Source of the DNA: Acidimicrobiales bacterium
GTDB taxonomy: Bacteria; Actinomycetota; Acidimicrobiia; Acidimicrobiales; CATQHL01
Reading direction: 5' to 3'
Assembly (NCBI GenBank): GCA_965220035.1
Contig: CBDCPC010000002.1
Location: forward strand, 1,021,821-1,085,820
DNA length: 64,000 nucleotides
The notes under the pieces are model-generated. The model was not told the DNA's origin. It saw nothing but the letters and a program-made list of their open reading frames with translations, and made no database searches. Below are positions 17,935 through 25,722 of this stretch, in pieces. The position numbers and the translations under genes are program-made. Position 1 is the first letter of the stretch, and each line of letters begins with the position of its first letter.

Positions 17935-19167
17935 ATGACAGAACTCGGCCGGCGCGCCAAGGCGGTCGCGCCGGTGCTGGCCGCCACGCCGACGGAGGTC
18001 AAGAACGAGGCACTCCGGGCCGCGGCGGCGGAGTTGCTGGCCGGTAGCGACGACCTGCTGGCGGCCAACGAGGGCGATCTTGCCGCGGCAAAGGAGGCCG
18101 GCATCTCGTCGACGCTGCTCGACCGCCTGCGCCTCACACCGGCGCGTATCTCCGGCATGGCCGGCGGCCTGCGCCAAGTGGCCGAACTACCGGACCCCGT
18201 GGGCGTGGTCACGTCCAGCGACGTACGCCCCAACGGCCTGCGCATCCAGCAGGTACGGGTGCCTCTCGGCGTCGTCGCGATCGTGTACGAGAGCAGACCC
18301 AACGTCACCAGCGACGCCGCCGGCCTGTGCCTCAAGTCGGGCAACGTGGCCTTCCTCCGCGGCTCCTCGATGGCCATCCGCTCCAACAAGGTGATCGCCG
18401 AGGCCCTGCGCCGCGCCTACGTCGCCCACGGCGTGCCGGCGGACGCCCTTGTCCTCGTGACCGACACCAGCCGGGAGGCGGCGGTGGAGTTCATGCGCCT
18501 CACCGGTTACGTGGACTGCCTGATCCCCCGTGGCGGGCCCGCCCTCATCCGCTCGATCCTGGAGAACGCCACCGTGCCGTTCATCTTGGACGGCGACGGC
18601 AACTGCCACGTGTTCGTGGACCGCACCGCTGACCTGGACATGGCCGAGTCGATCGTGGTGAACGGCAAGACCCAGCGCCCCTCGGTGTGCAACGCCACGG
18701 AGTCGCTGGTCGTGCACACCGCCGTGGCGGCGGACTTCCTGCCGAGACTGGTCCGGGCGATGCCCACGGTGGAGATGGTCGGCGACGACGCCTCCCGAGC
18801 GCTCGCGCCAAGCATCGAGGTGGCCAGCGAGGCCGACTACGCGACCGAGTTCCTGGACTACAAGCTGTCGGTGCGCGTCGTGGACTCGGTCGATGCGGCC
18901 ATCGACCACGTCAACCGGTACGGCACGGGGCACTCGGAGGTGATCGTGACGTCCGACGAGGCCGCCGCCGGGCGCTTCTGCGCCGAAGTCGACGCCGCCG
19001 CCGTGCTCGTGAACGCCTCGAGCCGGTTCGTCGACGGCGAGGAGATGGGCTACGGCGCCGAGATCGGCATCAGTACCCAGAAGCTGCACGTCCGCGGGCC
19101 GATGGGCCTCGTGCACCTCACCGCCATCAAGAACGTCATCCGCGGCGACGGGCAGATCCGCGGCTAG
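17935..19167 (+). CDS. proA: Gamma-glutamyl phosphate reductase
   Basis: The ALDH fold and catalytic region read ..LIPRGGPALIRSILENATVPFILDGDGNCHVFVD.. The start is at ATG 17935 (MTELGRRAKA..), downstream of the ORF maximum 17875. Confidence 0.9.
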   Translation: MTELGRRAKAVAPVLAATPTEVKNEALRAAAAELLAGSDDLLAANEGDLAAAKEAGISSTLLDRLRLTPARISGMAGGLRQVAELPDPVGVVTSSDVRPNGLRIQQVRVPLGVVAIVYESRPNVTSDAAGLCLKSGNVAFLRGSSMAIRSNKVIAEALRRAYVAHGVPADALVLVTDTSREAAVEFMRLTGYVDCLIPRGGPALIRSILENATVPFILDGDGNCHVFVDRTADLDMAESIVVNGKTQRPSVCNATESLVVHTAVAADFLPRLVRAMPTVEMVGDDASRALAPSIEVASEADYATEFLDYKLSVRVVDSVDAAIDHVNRYGTGHSEVIVTSDEAAAGRFCAEVDAAAVLVNASSRFVDGEEMGYGAEIGISTQKLHVRGPMGLVHLTAIKNVIRGDGQIRG

Positions 19168-19169
19168 CG

Positions 19170-19278
19170 GTCGGGAAACTCCGGTCACCATCCGATTCGG
19201 TCGGGACCCCGGAGGTTGCAGGTTCGAACCCAGCCCGCTATGTCGGGAAACTCCGGTCACCATCCGATTCGGTCGGGA
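19170..19278. repeat. Perfect 37-bp direct repeat x2 flanking a 35-bp spacer
   Basis: GTCGGGAAACTCCGGTCACCATCCGATTCGGTCGGGA occurs at 19170-19206 and 19242-19278, 37/37 identical. The spacer CCCCGGAGGTTGCAGGTTCGAACCCAGCCCGCTAT contains a GGTTCGAACC palindrome resembling a tRNA T-arm. The element begins 3 nt after the proA stop. Confidence 0.6.
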
Positions 19279-19352
19279 GCGGCCTCGAGCGCCTGGCCGT
19301 GTCGGCCGGCTGCTGGGCGGCCGCTGCGTCAGACGACGAGCCGCCTGTCCAC

Positions 19353-19400
19353 GTCATTCCGGCGACTTGCCTTCCCTGTCATTCCGGCGTAGGCCGGAAT
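19353..19400. repeat. GTCATTCCGGCG duplicated motif ending in a perfect hairpin ATTCCGGC-GTAG-GCCGGAAT (bidirectional terminator-like)
   Basis: Two copies of GTCATTCCGGCG lie at 19353-64 and 19378-89. The second forms an 8-bp stem with a 4-nt loop at 19381-19400, between convergent genes. The same stem (ATTCCGGC-CTCC-GCCGGAAT) recurs at 32760-32779 between the convergent flotillin and antiporter genes. Confidence 0.5.
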
Positions 19401-19437
19401 CCACTACCCAGCAGGTCCGATCCGGACTCCCGGATGA

Positions 19438-19665
19438 TTACTCAGCCGCCTCGCAGGGCCGGTCACTCTCCCGGAACGGGGGCGGGATGAGATCCTCGTA
19501 CATGGCGGGGTCGGGGGCGACGACCGCCACCTTGCCGTTGCGCCGTGTGACCACACCCGTGCCGGTCTGATATGCCACTAGGTGCGCATCCTTGGCCGCC
19601 AAGATCAGCGAGCGCATCACCGCCTCACTGAAGTCCTCGCCGCGCAGAACCCGCGGGGCGTCCAC
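19438..19665 (-). CDS. Small Phd/YefM-like putative antitoxin (start uncertain)
   Basis: The C-terminal ..GVVTRRNGKVAVVAPDPAMYEDL.. resembles the Phd/YefM core (ITRRGxPVAVxVSxxxYExL). Upstream, ..LRGEDFSEAV.. resembles the Phd N-terminus (ARGNLSEV). ATG 19617 has a GAGG RBS; an alternative GTG start at 19665 or 19650 would overlap the upstream P-loop gene. Confidence 0.35.
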   Translation of the reverse strand: MDAPRVLRGEDFSEAVMRSLILAAKDAHLVAYQTGTGVVTRRNGKVAVVAPDPAMYEDLIPPPFRESDRPCEAAE

Positions 19666-19717
19666 AGCATCGGGACCTCTGGTCACAAGTGTCCCTCCAC
19701 TTGGGGTATCCCCGCGT

Positions 19718-20281
19718 TCAGGAGCGGCGCGACCAGCGTCGGCACGTTCTCGCTCGATCATGGTTTTCGCCCTGCTCGAGCAACACCGGCACCGGACCGG
19801 TGTTGTCGTACAGCCTCCACTCATCGACTCTAGCGGCGTAGTGCTCGCGCAGGTTCCGCAGGCCGGCCACGAAGCGCCTGCGAATCACATCCTCGGACAC
19901 CCGATGCCCGCCTTGCCGAACACGCGCGTCGACCCGGCGGACGGCCTCGTCCGCACCGTCGAGCGACAGGAACACCAGCATCACCCGGTAGCCGTCGAGC
20001 CGCCATCGCTCGATCCGCCTGAGGTAACCACGGCCCGACAACGTGGTCTCGAACGCGAAGCTCCGGCCCGCTGCGGCCAAGCGATCGATCTCGGCGAGCA
20101 TCAGGCGGCCGGCCGCCACCCCGACGCCTGCCCCCCGGTCGAGCGGTGAGAGCCCCCCGGCGATGAGGTCGGCGTTGACGAAGTGCAGACCCGGCGCCTC
20201 GCCGCTCAGATGCCGCATCGCGAACGTGGTCTTGCCGGCGCCGTTGGGCCCCGCGATCACGATGATCTGCTTATCTGCCAT
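19718..20281 (-). CDS. Zeta-toxin/AAA_33-like P-loop kinase family protein
   Basis: 187 aa, MADKQIIVIAGPNGAGKTTFA (Walker A) ... the kinase-like fold family that includes zeta toxins. Confidence 0.6.
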   Translation of the reverse strand: MADKQIIVIAGPNGAGKTTFAMRHLSGEAPGLHFVNADLIAGGLSPLDRGAGVGVAAGRLMLAEIDRLAAAGRSFAFETTLSGRGYLRRIERWRLDGYRVMLVFLSLDGADEAVRRVDARVRQGGHRVSEDVIRRRFVAGLRNLREHYAARVDEWRLYDNTGPVPVLLEQGENHDRARTCRRWSRRS

Positions 20282-20619
20282 GCACTATCCCGGACGGGGC
20301 GACCCGGAGTCGAGAACGGGGCGGTCCGGTTCATGCTACGGGCGCGAGAGCGCCGTGGGCGACCGCTGGGGCAGGACAAGCCGCTGGACGGTGGGATCGG
20401 GATCCTGATCGGGTCAGGGGCAGACTCTCCGCGGGTCGTCCGCTGCGGTGATGGAGTGCGCCGCGACCTGAACGTGGGGGCGCGATGTGCGGGACCACCG
20501 CCCTTTGCGGTGCCCCGGGCGCGCGACAGACCGCGCGCTCGTCGCGGGAGTGCTAACTTGCTGCACCGCTGAACTGTTCGCGCCGGGTCTTGGTCGGATC
20601 CGGACTGGAGGCTCTCACA

Positions 20620-21952
20620 ATGTCCACAAAGACCCCCCCCCGCAGATGCCTTTGAACTGAAACTCACACGGCGCCGCCGCCGGCGGCGGCGCGCCGGTGC
20701 GGCGATCGCGGCCGTCCTGATGGTGACCACCGGCGTCTTCGCGACCACAGCAGCCACCGGTCAGGACACCACGGACAGTTCGGGCGAGGTGCGCATCATC
20801 GCTCGCAAACTCGAGAGCGGGCGCATCGAGTTCGGCCTCCAGCAACGCCAAGCCGACGACACCTGGGGCGCCCGCCAACTCCCCCGCGTCCGCTTCTTCC
20901 CCACCACCGCCCGCACCGGACGCTGGCTCGCCAGCTCCCCCCTCGCATTGACCGCCGGCGAGGTGCGCATCATCGCTCGCAAGCTCGAAAACGGCAAGGT
21001 CGAGTTCGGCCTCCAGCAACGCCAAGCCGATGATTCCTGGAGCGACCGCCAACTGCCCCGGGTCCGCTTCTTCCCCACCACCGCCCGCGTCGGACGCTGG
21101 CTCGCAAGCTCCCCACTCACCCTCACCGCGCCCGGAGCAACCCGCCAATACACCGCCAGCACCGCCGCCGACACCTACACGTGCACACTGAGGGGCGGCG
21201 ACACGCTCACCTGTGTCGGCCAGAGCCTGCTCGCGGACCCCCAAGCGCCCGCCGGTCCGTACACCGCTCTCGCCTCCGGCAACGCCCACGTGTGCGGGCT
21301 ACGCACGGCCGGCACCATCACCTGCTGGGGCGGCAACTGGGAAGGGCAGACCGACGCGCCCGCCGGGCGCTACACCGCCATTAGCGCCGGCAACTACCAC
21401 ACATGCGCGCTGCGCACCGACGGCGCCGTCACCTGCTGGGGCGAGAACAGTGCCGGGCAGACCGAGTCGCCCGCCGGGCAGTACACGGCAATTGCCGCCG
21501 GCGCAGGCCATGCGTGCGGGCTGCGCAACGACGGCGCCGTCACCTGCTGGGGCGATGCGGTCTACGGGGCGACCGACGTGCCCGCCGGGCGCTACACCGC
21601 GATCGCCGGCGGCGTACACGACGTCTGCGGGCTGCGCGCCGATAGCACCATCACCTGCTGGGGCAGCCGCTGGACCGGTAGTGGTGGCATGGACGACATG
21701 GGCGGGCCTCCCGCCGGGCAGTACACCGCCATCAGCACCGGCAACAACCACACGTGCGCGCTGCGCACCGACAGCGGTGTCACGTGTTGGGGCGAAGACT
21801 TCACCGGGGCGACGTGGGTGCCCGCCGGGAGCTACGTTGCAGTCGCCGCCGGCGGCACTCACACGTGCGCACTGCGCACCGACGACACCCTCACGTGCTG
21901 GGGTGACGAGTACGTCGGCGGACCACCACCGGTGGACGCGCCATCCGGGTAG
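20620..21952 (+). CDS. Secreted RCC1-repeat β-propeller protein with two N-terminal ~58-aa repeat domains; apparent frameshift at a C9 tract
   Basis: The body (ORF from ATG 20720) has about 7 RCC1-like blades (..YTAISAGNYHTCALRTDGAVTCWG.. repeated). Upstream ATG 20620 gives MSTKTPP, then a C9 run (20633-41) shifts frame. With one fewer C the reading continues ADAFELKLTRRRRRRRRAGAAIAAVLMVTTGVFATTAATG (a signal-peptide-like N-terminus) in frame with the body. Confidence 0.6.
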
Positions 21953-22123
21953 ACGCCAGGTGGCCGAACGGCTCCTCGTCCCCGGAAGGGACTACGGCGG
22001 GTTGCCGTGGTCGGGGGATTCCTCGCGGTCGTGGGCTGTCACCACCGCCCCGTCGTGGCGGGCGGGCGGTGCACACCCGGCCGCGCCGAACCGCTTCGCG
22101 GCGCACCGAGGTCACCGGCGCCG

Positions 22124-23455
22124 GTGAGGGGTGGCACGGCTCGGCGCCTGCGGACACTTGCAGTGGTCCTGGCCTGCGTGGCCGGTGTCCTCGCCGGGCC
22201 GGCCGCCGTGGCGCAGACCGGCGACGGGTGGCGCATTCTGGCCATGCCTCTCGCGGACGGTCGCGTCGAGGTGGCGTTGCAGCAACGCGACGGCGGCGGC
22301 GAGTGGAGCGAGCGGATCCTGCCCCAGCAGCGGTTCGTGGCCCCGGACACCCCGGTCGGGCGCTGGCAGGCCGGCTTACCGGTCACGATCCGCAGCAGCG
22401 GCGGAGTGCGGGACTTGTGCATCGCGGCGCGCCGCCTCGCCGGCGGGGGCGTGGAGTTGGCATTGCAGCAGCGCCACGGCGGCGGCGAGTGGGGCGAGCG
22501 GATCCTGCCCCAGCAGCGGTTCGTGGCCGCCGACGCCCCGGTTGGGCGCTGGCTGGCGAGTTCTCCGGTCGCCGTCGCGGGACCGGTGACCACCACCGCC
22601 GGCGATCCGCCCGAGGGATCCGCCGGCGGCACTCCCCGCGGCCTGCTCACCCCGACCGGCGTTCCGGTCGCCGTCATCGAGCGGACAGGCTGCGGCTACC
22701 TGGTGCGCGCTCCGTGGGGCGACACCGTCGAGATCGCCACCGGCGAACCCATCGAGGGCGTGCGGGTCGTGATCGACCCGGGTCACGGCGGCCGCTGGGA
22801 GTCCGGCGCGGTCGGCGGCAACGGCCTTGCCGAACGCGACCTGAACCTCACGCTCGGCCGCGCCGTCGTCGCCGAACTCGCCGGTCGCGGCATCGGCGCG
22901 GTGCTGACCCGCACCGGGGACTACGGGACGCCGCTGGCGGTGCGCGCCGCCTTCGCTGACGCGCTGGGAGTCGACGCGCTCATCTCCATCCACCACAACG
23001 CGCCCACGACAACGCTGAGCGACACCCCCGGCACCGAGTTGTACGTCCAATCGACCTCCCCGGGCGCGCCGCGGGCATCCTCGGCGCGCCTCGGAGCCCT
23101 TCTCTACGAGGAGATCACCGCCGCGCTCACCCGCTTCGAAGGCATCCGCTGGTCCCGCCTACCCAACGCCGGCGTCCTGCGAGTGCTGTCCCCCTACGAC
23201 GGCGGCGACGTCTACGGCATGATCCGCCGACCCGCCACCCCCGCCGTCCTCGTCGAGTACGGCTACCTCTCCAACCCCGCCGAGGCCAGGCTGTTCGCCA
23301 CCGACGCATACATCCGCGCAGCCGCCACCGCCACCGCCGACGCCGTCGAGGCCTACCTCCACAGCGACCGCCAAGGCACCGGACACATCCACCGCCCACG
23401 CGTCTTCGACCCGGCCACGCCACCCTTCAGCTACGACGAGTTCCCACTCGAATAG
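22124..23455 (+). CDS. N-acetylmuramoyl-L-alanine amidase (Amidase_3) with signal peptide and two N-terminal ~58-aa repeat domains
   Basis: A GTG start gives RRLRTLAVVLACVAGVLAGPAAVAQT (signal peptide). The amidase_3 core reads ..VVIDPGHGGRWESGAVG..DLNLTLGRAV.. ..DALISIHHNA.. The N-terminal repeats (..GRVEVALQQRDGGGEWSERILPQQRFVAPDTPVGRWQAG..) are homologous to the repeats in the adjacent RCC1 protein. Confidence 0.8.
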   Translation: MRGGTARRLRTLAVVLACVAGVLAGPAAVAQTGDGWRILAMPLADGRVEVALQQRDGGGEWSERILPQQRFVAPDTPVGRWQAGLPVTIRSSGGVRDLCIAARRLAGGGVELALQQRHGGGEWGERILPQQRFVAADAPVGRWLASSPVAVAGPVTTTAGDPPEGSAGGTPRGLLTPTGVPVAVIERTGCGYLVRAPWGDTVEIATGEPIEGVRVVIDPGHGGRWESGAVGGNGLAERDLNLTLGRAVVAELAGRGIGAVLTRTGDYGTPLAVRAAFADALGVDALISIHHNAPTTTLSDTPGTELYVQSTSPGAPRASSARLGALLYEEITAALTRFEGIRWSRLPNAGVLRVLSPYDGGDVYGMIRRPATPAVLVEYGYLSNPAEARLFATDAYIRAAATATADAVEAYLHSDRQGTGHIHRPRVFDPATPPFSYDEFPLE

Positions 23456-23650
23456 CCGCCGCGGCAGTGCATCCTGGTCGCCGGAGCGGGTCCGGGGCCG
23501 TGCCTGATTCCAGCCTCCACCGTCCCGGGCCGTGGGGCCGCGCCTCGGGGTGGGTCATGCGGATCGGACGCAACCTGGTTCCAGTTGCCACCGTCGCGGT
23601 ACGGCCGGCTGGACGGGGCGGCGGAGTTCCGGCGGCAGCGCTCCGAGGCC

Positions 23651-23955
23651 ACTGTCACACCCCCCTCGTAACATCACAAACATGGCAGCGGAAGCACCCC
23701 ACGGGTCCGGATCCCGGCCCGCCTGCCCGGCAATCCCCAACCCCACCGCCGGCACGACCCGCACCCGCCGAACCGCCCCCGGAACACTGTCACACCCCCC
23801 TCGTAACATCACCGTCATGGAGCAGGTAGTGCCCGAAGGACCGGATCAGCGACCGGCGACGCCGACAGCGCCGGAGGGTGTCGCCGCCGGGATGCGCGCC
23901 GGGAGTGACGCTCGGAGAACGCTGTCACACCCCCTTCGTAGCATCACCGTCATGG
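23651..23955 (+). promoter_or_regulatory. Triplicated 34-bp motif CTGTCACACCCCCCTCGTAACATCAC(N3)CATGG at ~135-bp spacing
   Basis: Copies at 23651-85, 23786-820 and 23922-55 are nearly identical; the third has one fewer C. Each contains TAACAT (or TAGCAT) 7 nt before an ATG that is in frame with the DUF222 ORF. This is the geometry of leaderless mycobacterial-type promoters. Confidence 0.5.
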
Positions 23956-25418
23956 AACGCGCGGACATGCACGAAGCGGCACCGGTGTCGACGATCGATG
24001 CGGGTTACTTGGGCTCCGGGCAGGCCTCAGGAGGTGTCATGGCCGAGCGCGGTACTGGCCGCGGCAACGAGGATCGCAGGGGTCCGGACCTCCCACTGGG
24101 AGCGTTGGCGGTCCTGGGGAGCAACGCGGATGCCCTCGATGCGGAGGGCCTGGGCGGGTTCCTGGCGGCAGTGCGAGCGGTGCGGTCGTGGGTGGACGCG
24201 CGGGAGGCCGCGGCGCTGGCGGTGGCAACTCGCCGCGGTGTTGCCGCAGCGGCGGGCGCGGCGGACACGGCGGCCTGGTTGAGCGGGCACACCGGTGTCG
24301 GCCGCCGGGAGGCGCTGGCGCGAACGCGCACCGCGTCAGGTCTGGAGGACCTGCCCGAGGTGGCTGAGGCTCTCGCCGATGGGCGCATCACCCGCGGGCA
24401 CGTGCAGGCGCTGGCGACCTATGCGGCTCCCGATGGCGTGGACCTGAGTGTCGATCCGGACTTGGACTTCCCCGATGCGGCGCGTGAGGCGGCCCGCCGG
24501 GTGGCCCTGGCGGTGCGCGGGCGGCAGGAGAAGTTGATCGCCGCCGCGGAGGCCATGAGCGTCGACGCCTTCCGGCGGTTCCTGCGCCGCTGGGCGGACC
24601 GCGCCGCGGGCGACGATGGCGCCGGGCGGGACGTGGCGCAGCGACGGCGGCGCAGCGTCACCACATTCACCACCGACGACGGCCTGTGCGGCGTGCGCGG
24701 CCTGCTACCACCCGATCAGTTCGCGTTCTTCGAGAACGAACTGCGGCGCCTGGCCGAGGCCCGCTGGCGTGCCGACCACCCCGACGCCGACAACGTGCCC
24801 GCCAAGGAGCTGACCTGCCCCCAGCGCAACGCCGACGCCCTGGTGGACATGGCGCGCCGCAGCCGCCAACTCGGCGACAACGCCGACGAACCGCTCGGCT
24901 CACACGTCGACGTGATGGTCCTCATCGACCACGAGACCCTCACCGGGGGCTTCCACGACGACACTCGTTGCGAACTCGACGACACGACGCCCCTGTCGCC
25001 GGCGGCGGCGCGACGCCTGCTGTGCGACGCCGATGTCCTCACCGCCATCCGTCACCGCAAGCCCTTCAAGCTCGACCTGGGCTACAGCCGGCGGGCCGCC
25101 AACCGCAAGATCCGCAGAGCCCTCATCGCCCGCGACCGCACCTGCACCGCTCCCGGATGTGAGCGGCCCCACTGGATGTGCGAGATCCACCACATCGTGC
25201 CCTGGGTCGAAGGGGGACGCACCGACCTGGACAACCTCACTCTCCTCTGCAGCCGCCATCACCACATCCACCACGCCAACGAGGCACGGAAGATCGAGGG
25301 GGCACGCCGAGCCGACGGCAACCGCACGACAACCGACACAACCGATCCCCCACCCGACCGAAGTCCCGCCCGCGACGGGCCGGACCGCTCGATTGGCATT
25401 GAGCCCTGCGCACACTGA
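23952..25418 (+). CDS. DUF222 domain protein with C-terminal HNH endonuclease (REP13E12-type)
   Basis: The N-terminal DUF222-like region reads (..LGALAVLGSNADALDAEGLGGFLAAVRAVRSWVDAREAAALAV..). The C-terminal HNH motif reads (..RTCTAPGCERPHWMCEIHHIVPWVEGGRTDLDNLTLLCSRHHHIHH). The start was taken at the ATG of the third repeat unit; the maximal ORF begins at 23532. Confidence 0.8.
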   Translation: MERADMHEAAPVSTIDAGYLGSGQASGGVMAERGTGRGNEDRRGPDLPLGALAVLGSNADALDAEGLGGFLAAVRAVRSWVDAREAAALAVATRRGVAAAAGAADTAAWLSGHTGVGRREALARTRTASGLEDLPEVAEALADGRITRGHVQALATYAAPDGVDLSVDPDLDFPDAAREAARRVALAVRGRQEKLIAAAEAMSVDAFRRFLRRWADRAAGDDGAGRDVAQRRRRSVTTFTTDDGLCGVRGLLPPDQFAFFENELRRLAEARWRADHPDADNVPAKELTCPQRNADALVDMARRSRQLGDNADEPLGSHVDVMVLIDHETLTGGFHDDTRCELDDTTPLSPAAARRLLCDADVLTAIRHRKPFKLDLGYSRRAANRKIRRALIARDRTCTAPGCERPHWMCEIHHIVPWVEGGRTDLDNLTLLCSRHHHIHHANEARKIEGARRADGNRTTTDTTDPPPDRSPARDGPDRSIGIEPCAH

Positions 25419-25596
25419 CAACCGAAGAGGGCTCCGGTGCGACCCTCGAGCCGGCCCGAACGGCAGCCGAGGACCTCCGGGCGACCCCGAGGTCAGCCTT
25501 GCCGCCGTGGGCGAGTTGGGGCAACGGCAGGCGCGGCGGCGCGGTCCGAGCGACCCCGACGTCAGCGACCGGGACATCGGCGCCCTCGACGTCAGC

Positions 25597-25722
25597 AGCC
25601 CCGACATCAGAGTCGAGCGCTTGGGGGCGGGATCCGGGCGGCGGCGAGCGCTACGGCACAGTCCAAGCAGCCCCGACATCAGAGTCGAGCGCCGGCGGGC
25701 GGGATCCGGGCGGCGGCGAGCG
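25597..25722. repeat. ~54-bp tandem direct repeat (period ~72 bp) spanning the 3' end of ppx and the adjacent intergenic region
   Basis: AGCCCCGACATCAGAGTCGAGCGC(N6)GGCGGGATCCGGGCGGCGGCGAGCG occurs twice (25597-25650 and 25669-25722). Shorter CCCCGACGTCAGC-like repeats lie upstream. Confidence 0.5.

Noticed and set aside
19170-19278. CRISPR array interpretation of the DR37-spacer35-DR37
   Set aside because: Only two repeats are present and there is no third degenerate repeat. No cas genes occur anywhere in the window. The spacer looks tRNA-derived and palindromic rather than foreign.
20257-20757. 166-aa minus-strand ORF upstream of the zeta-like gene
   Set aside because: It is antisense to the signal-peptide region of the RCC1 gene and to promoter DNA. 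It is low complexity (poly-Arg) and has no domain.
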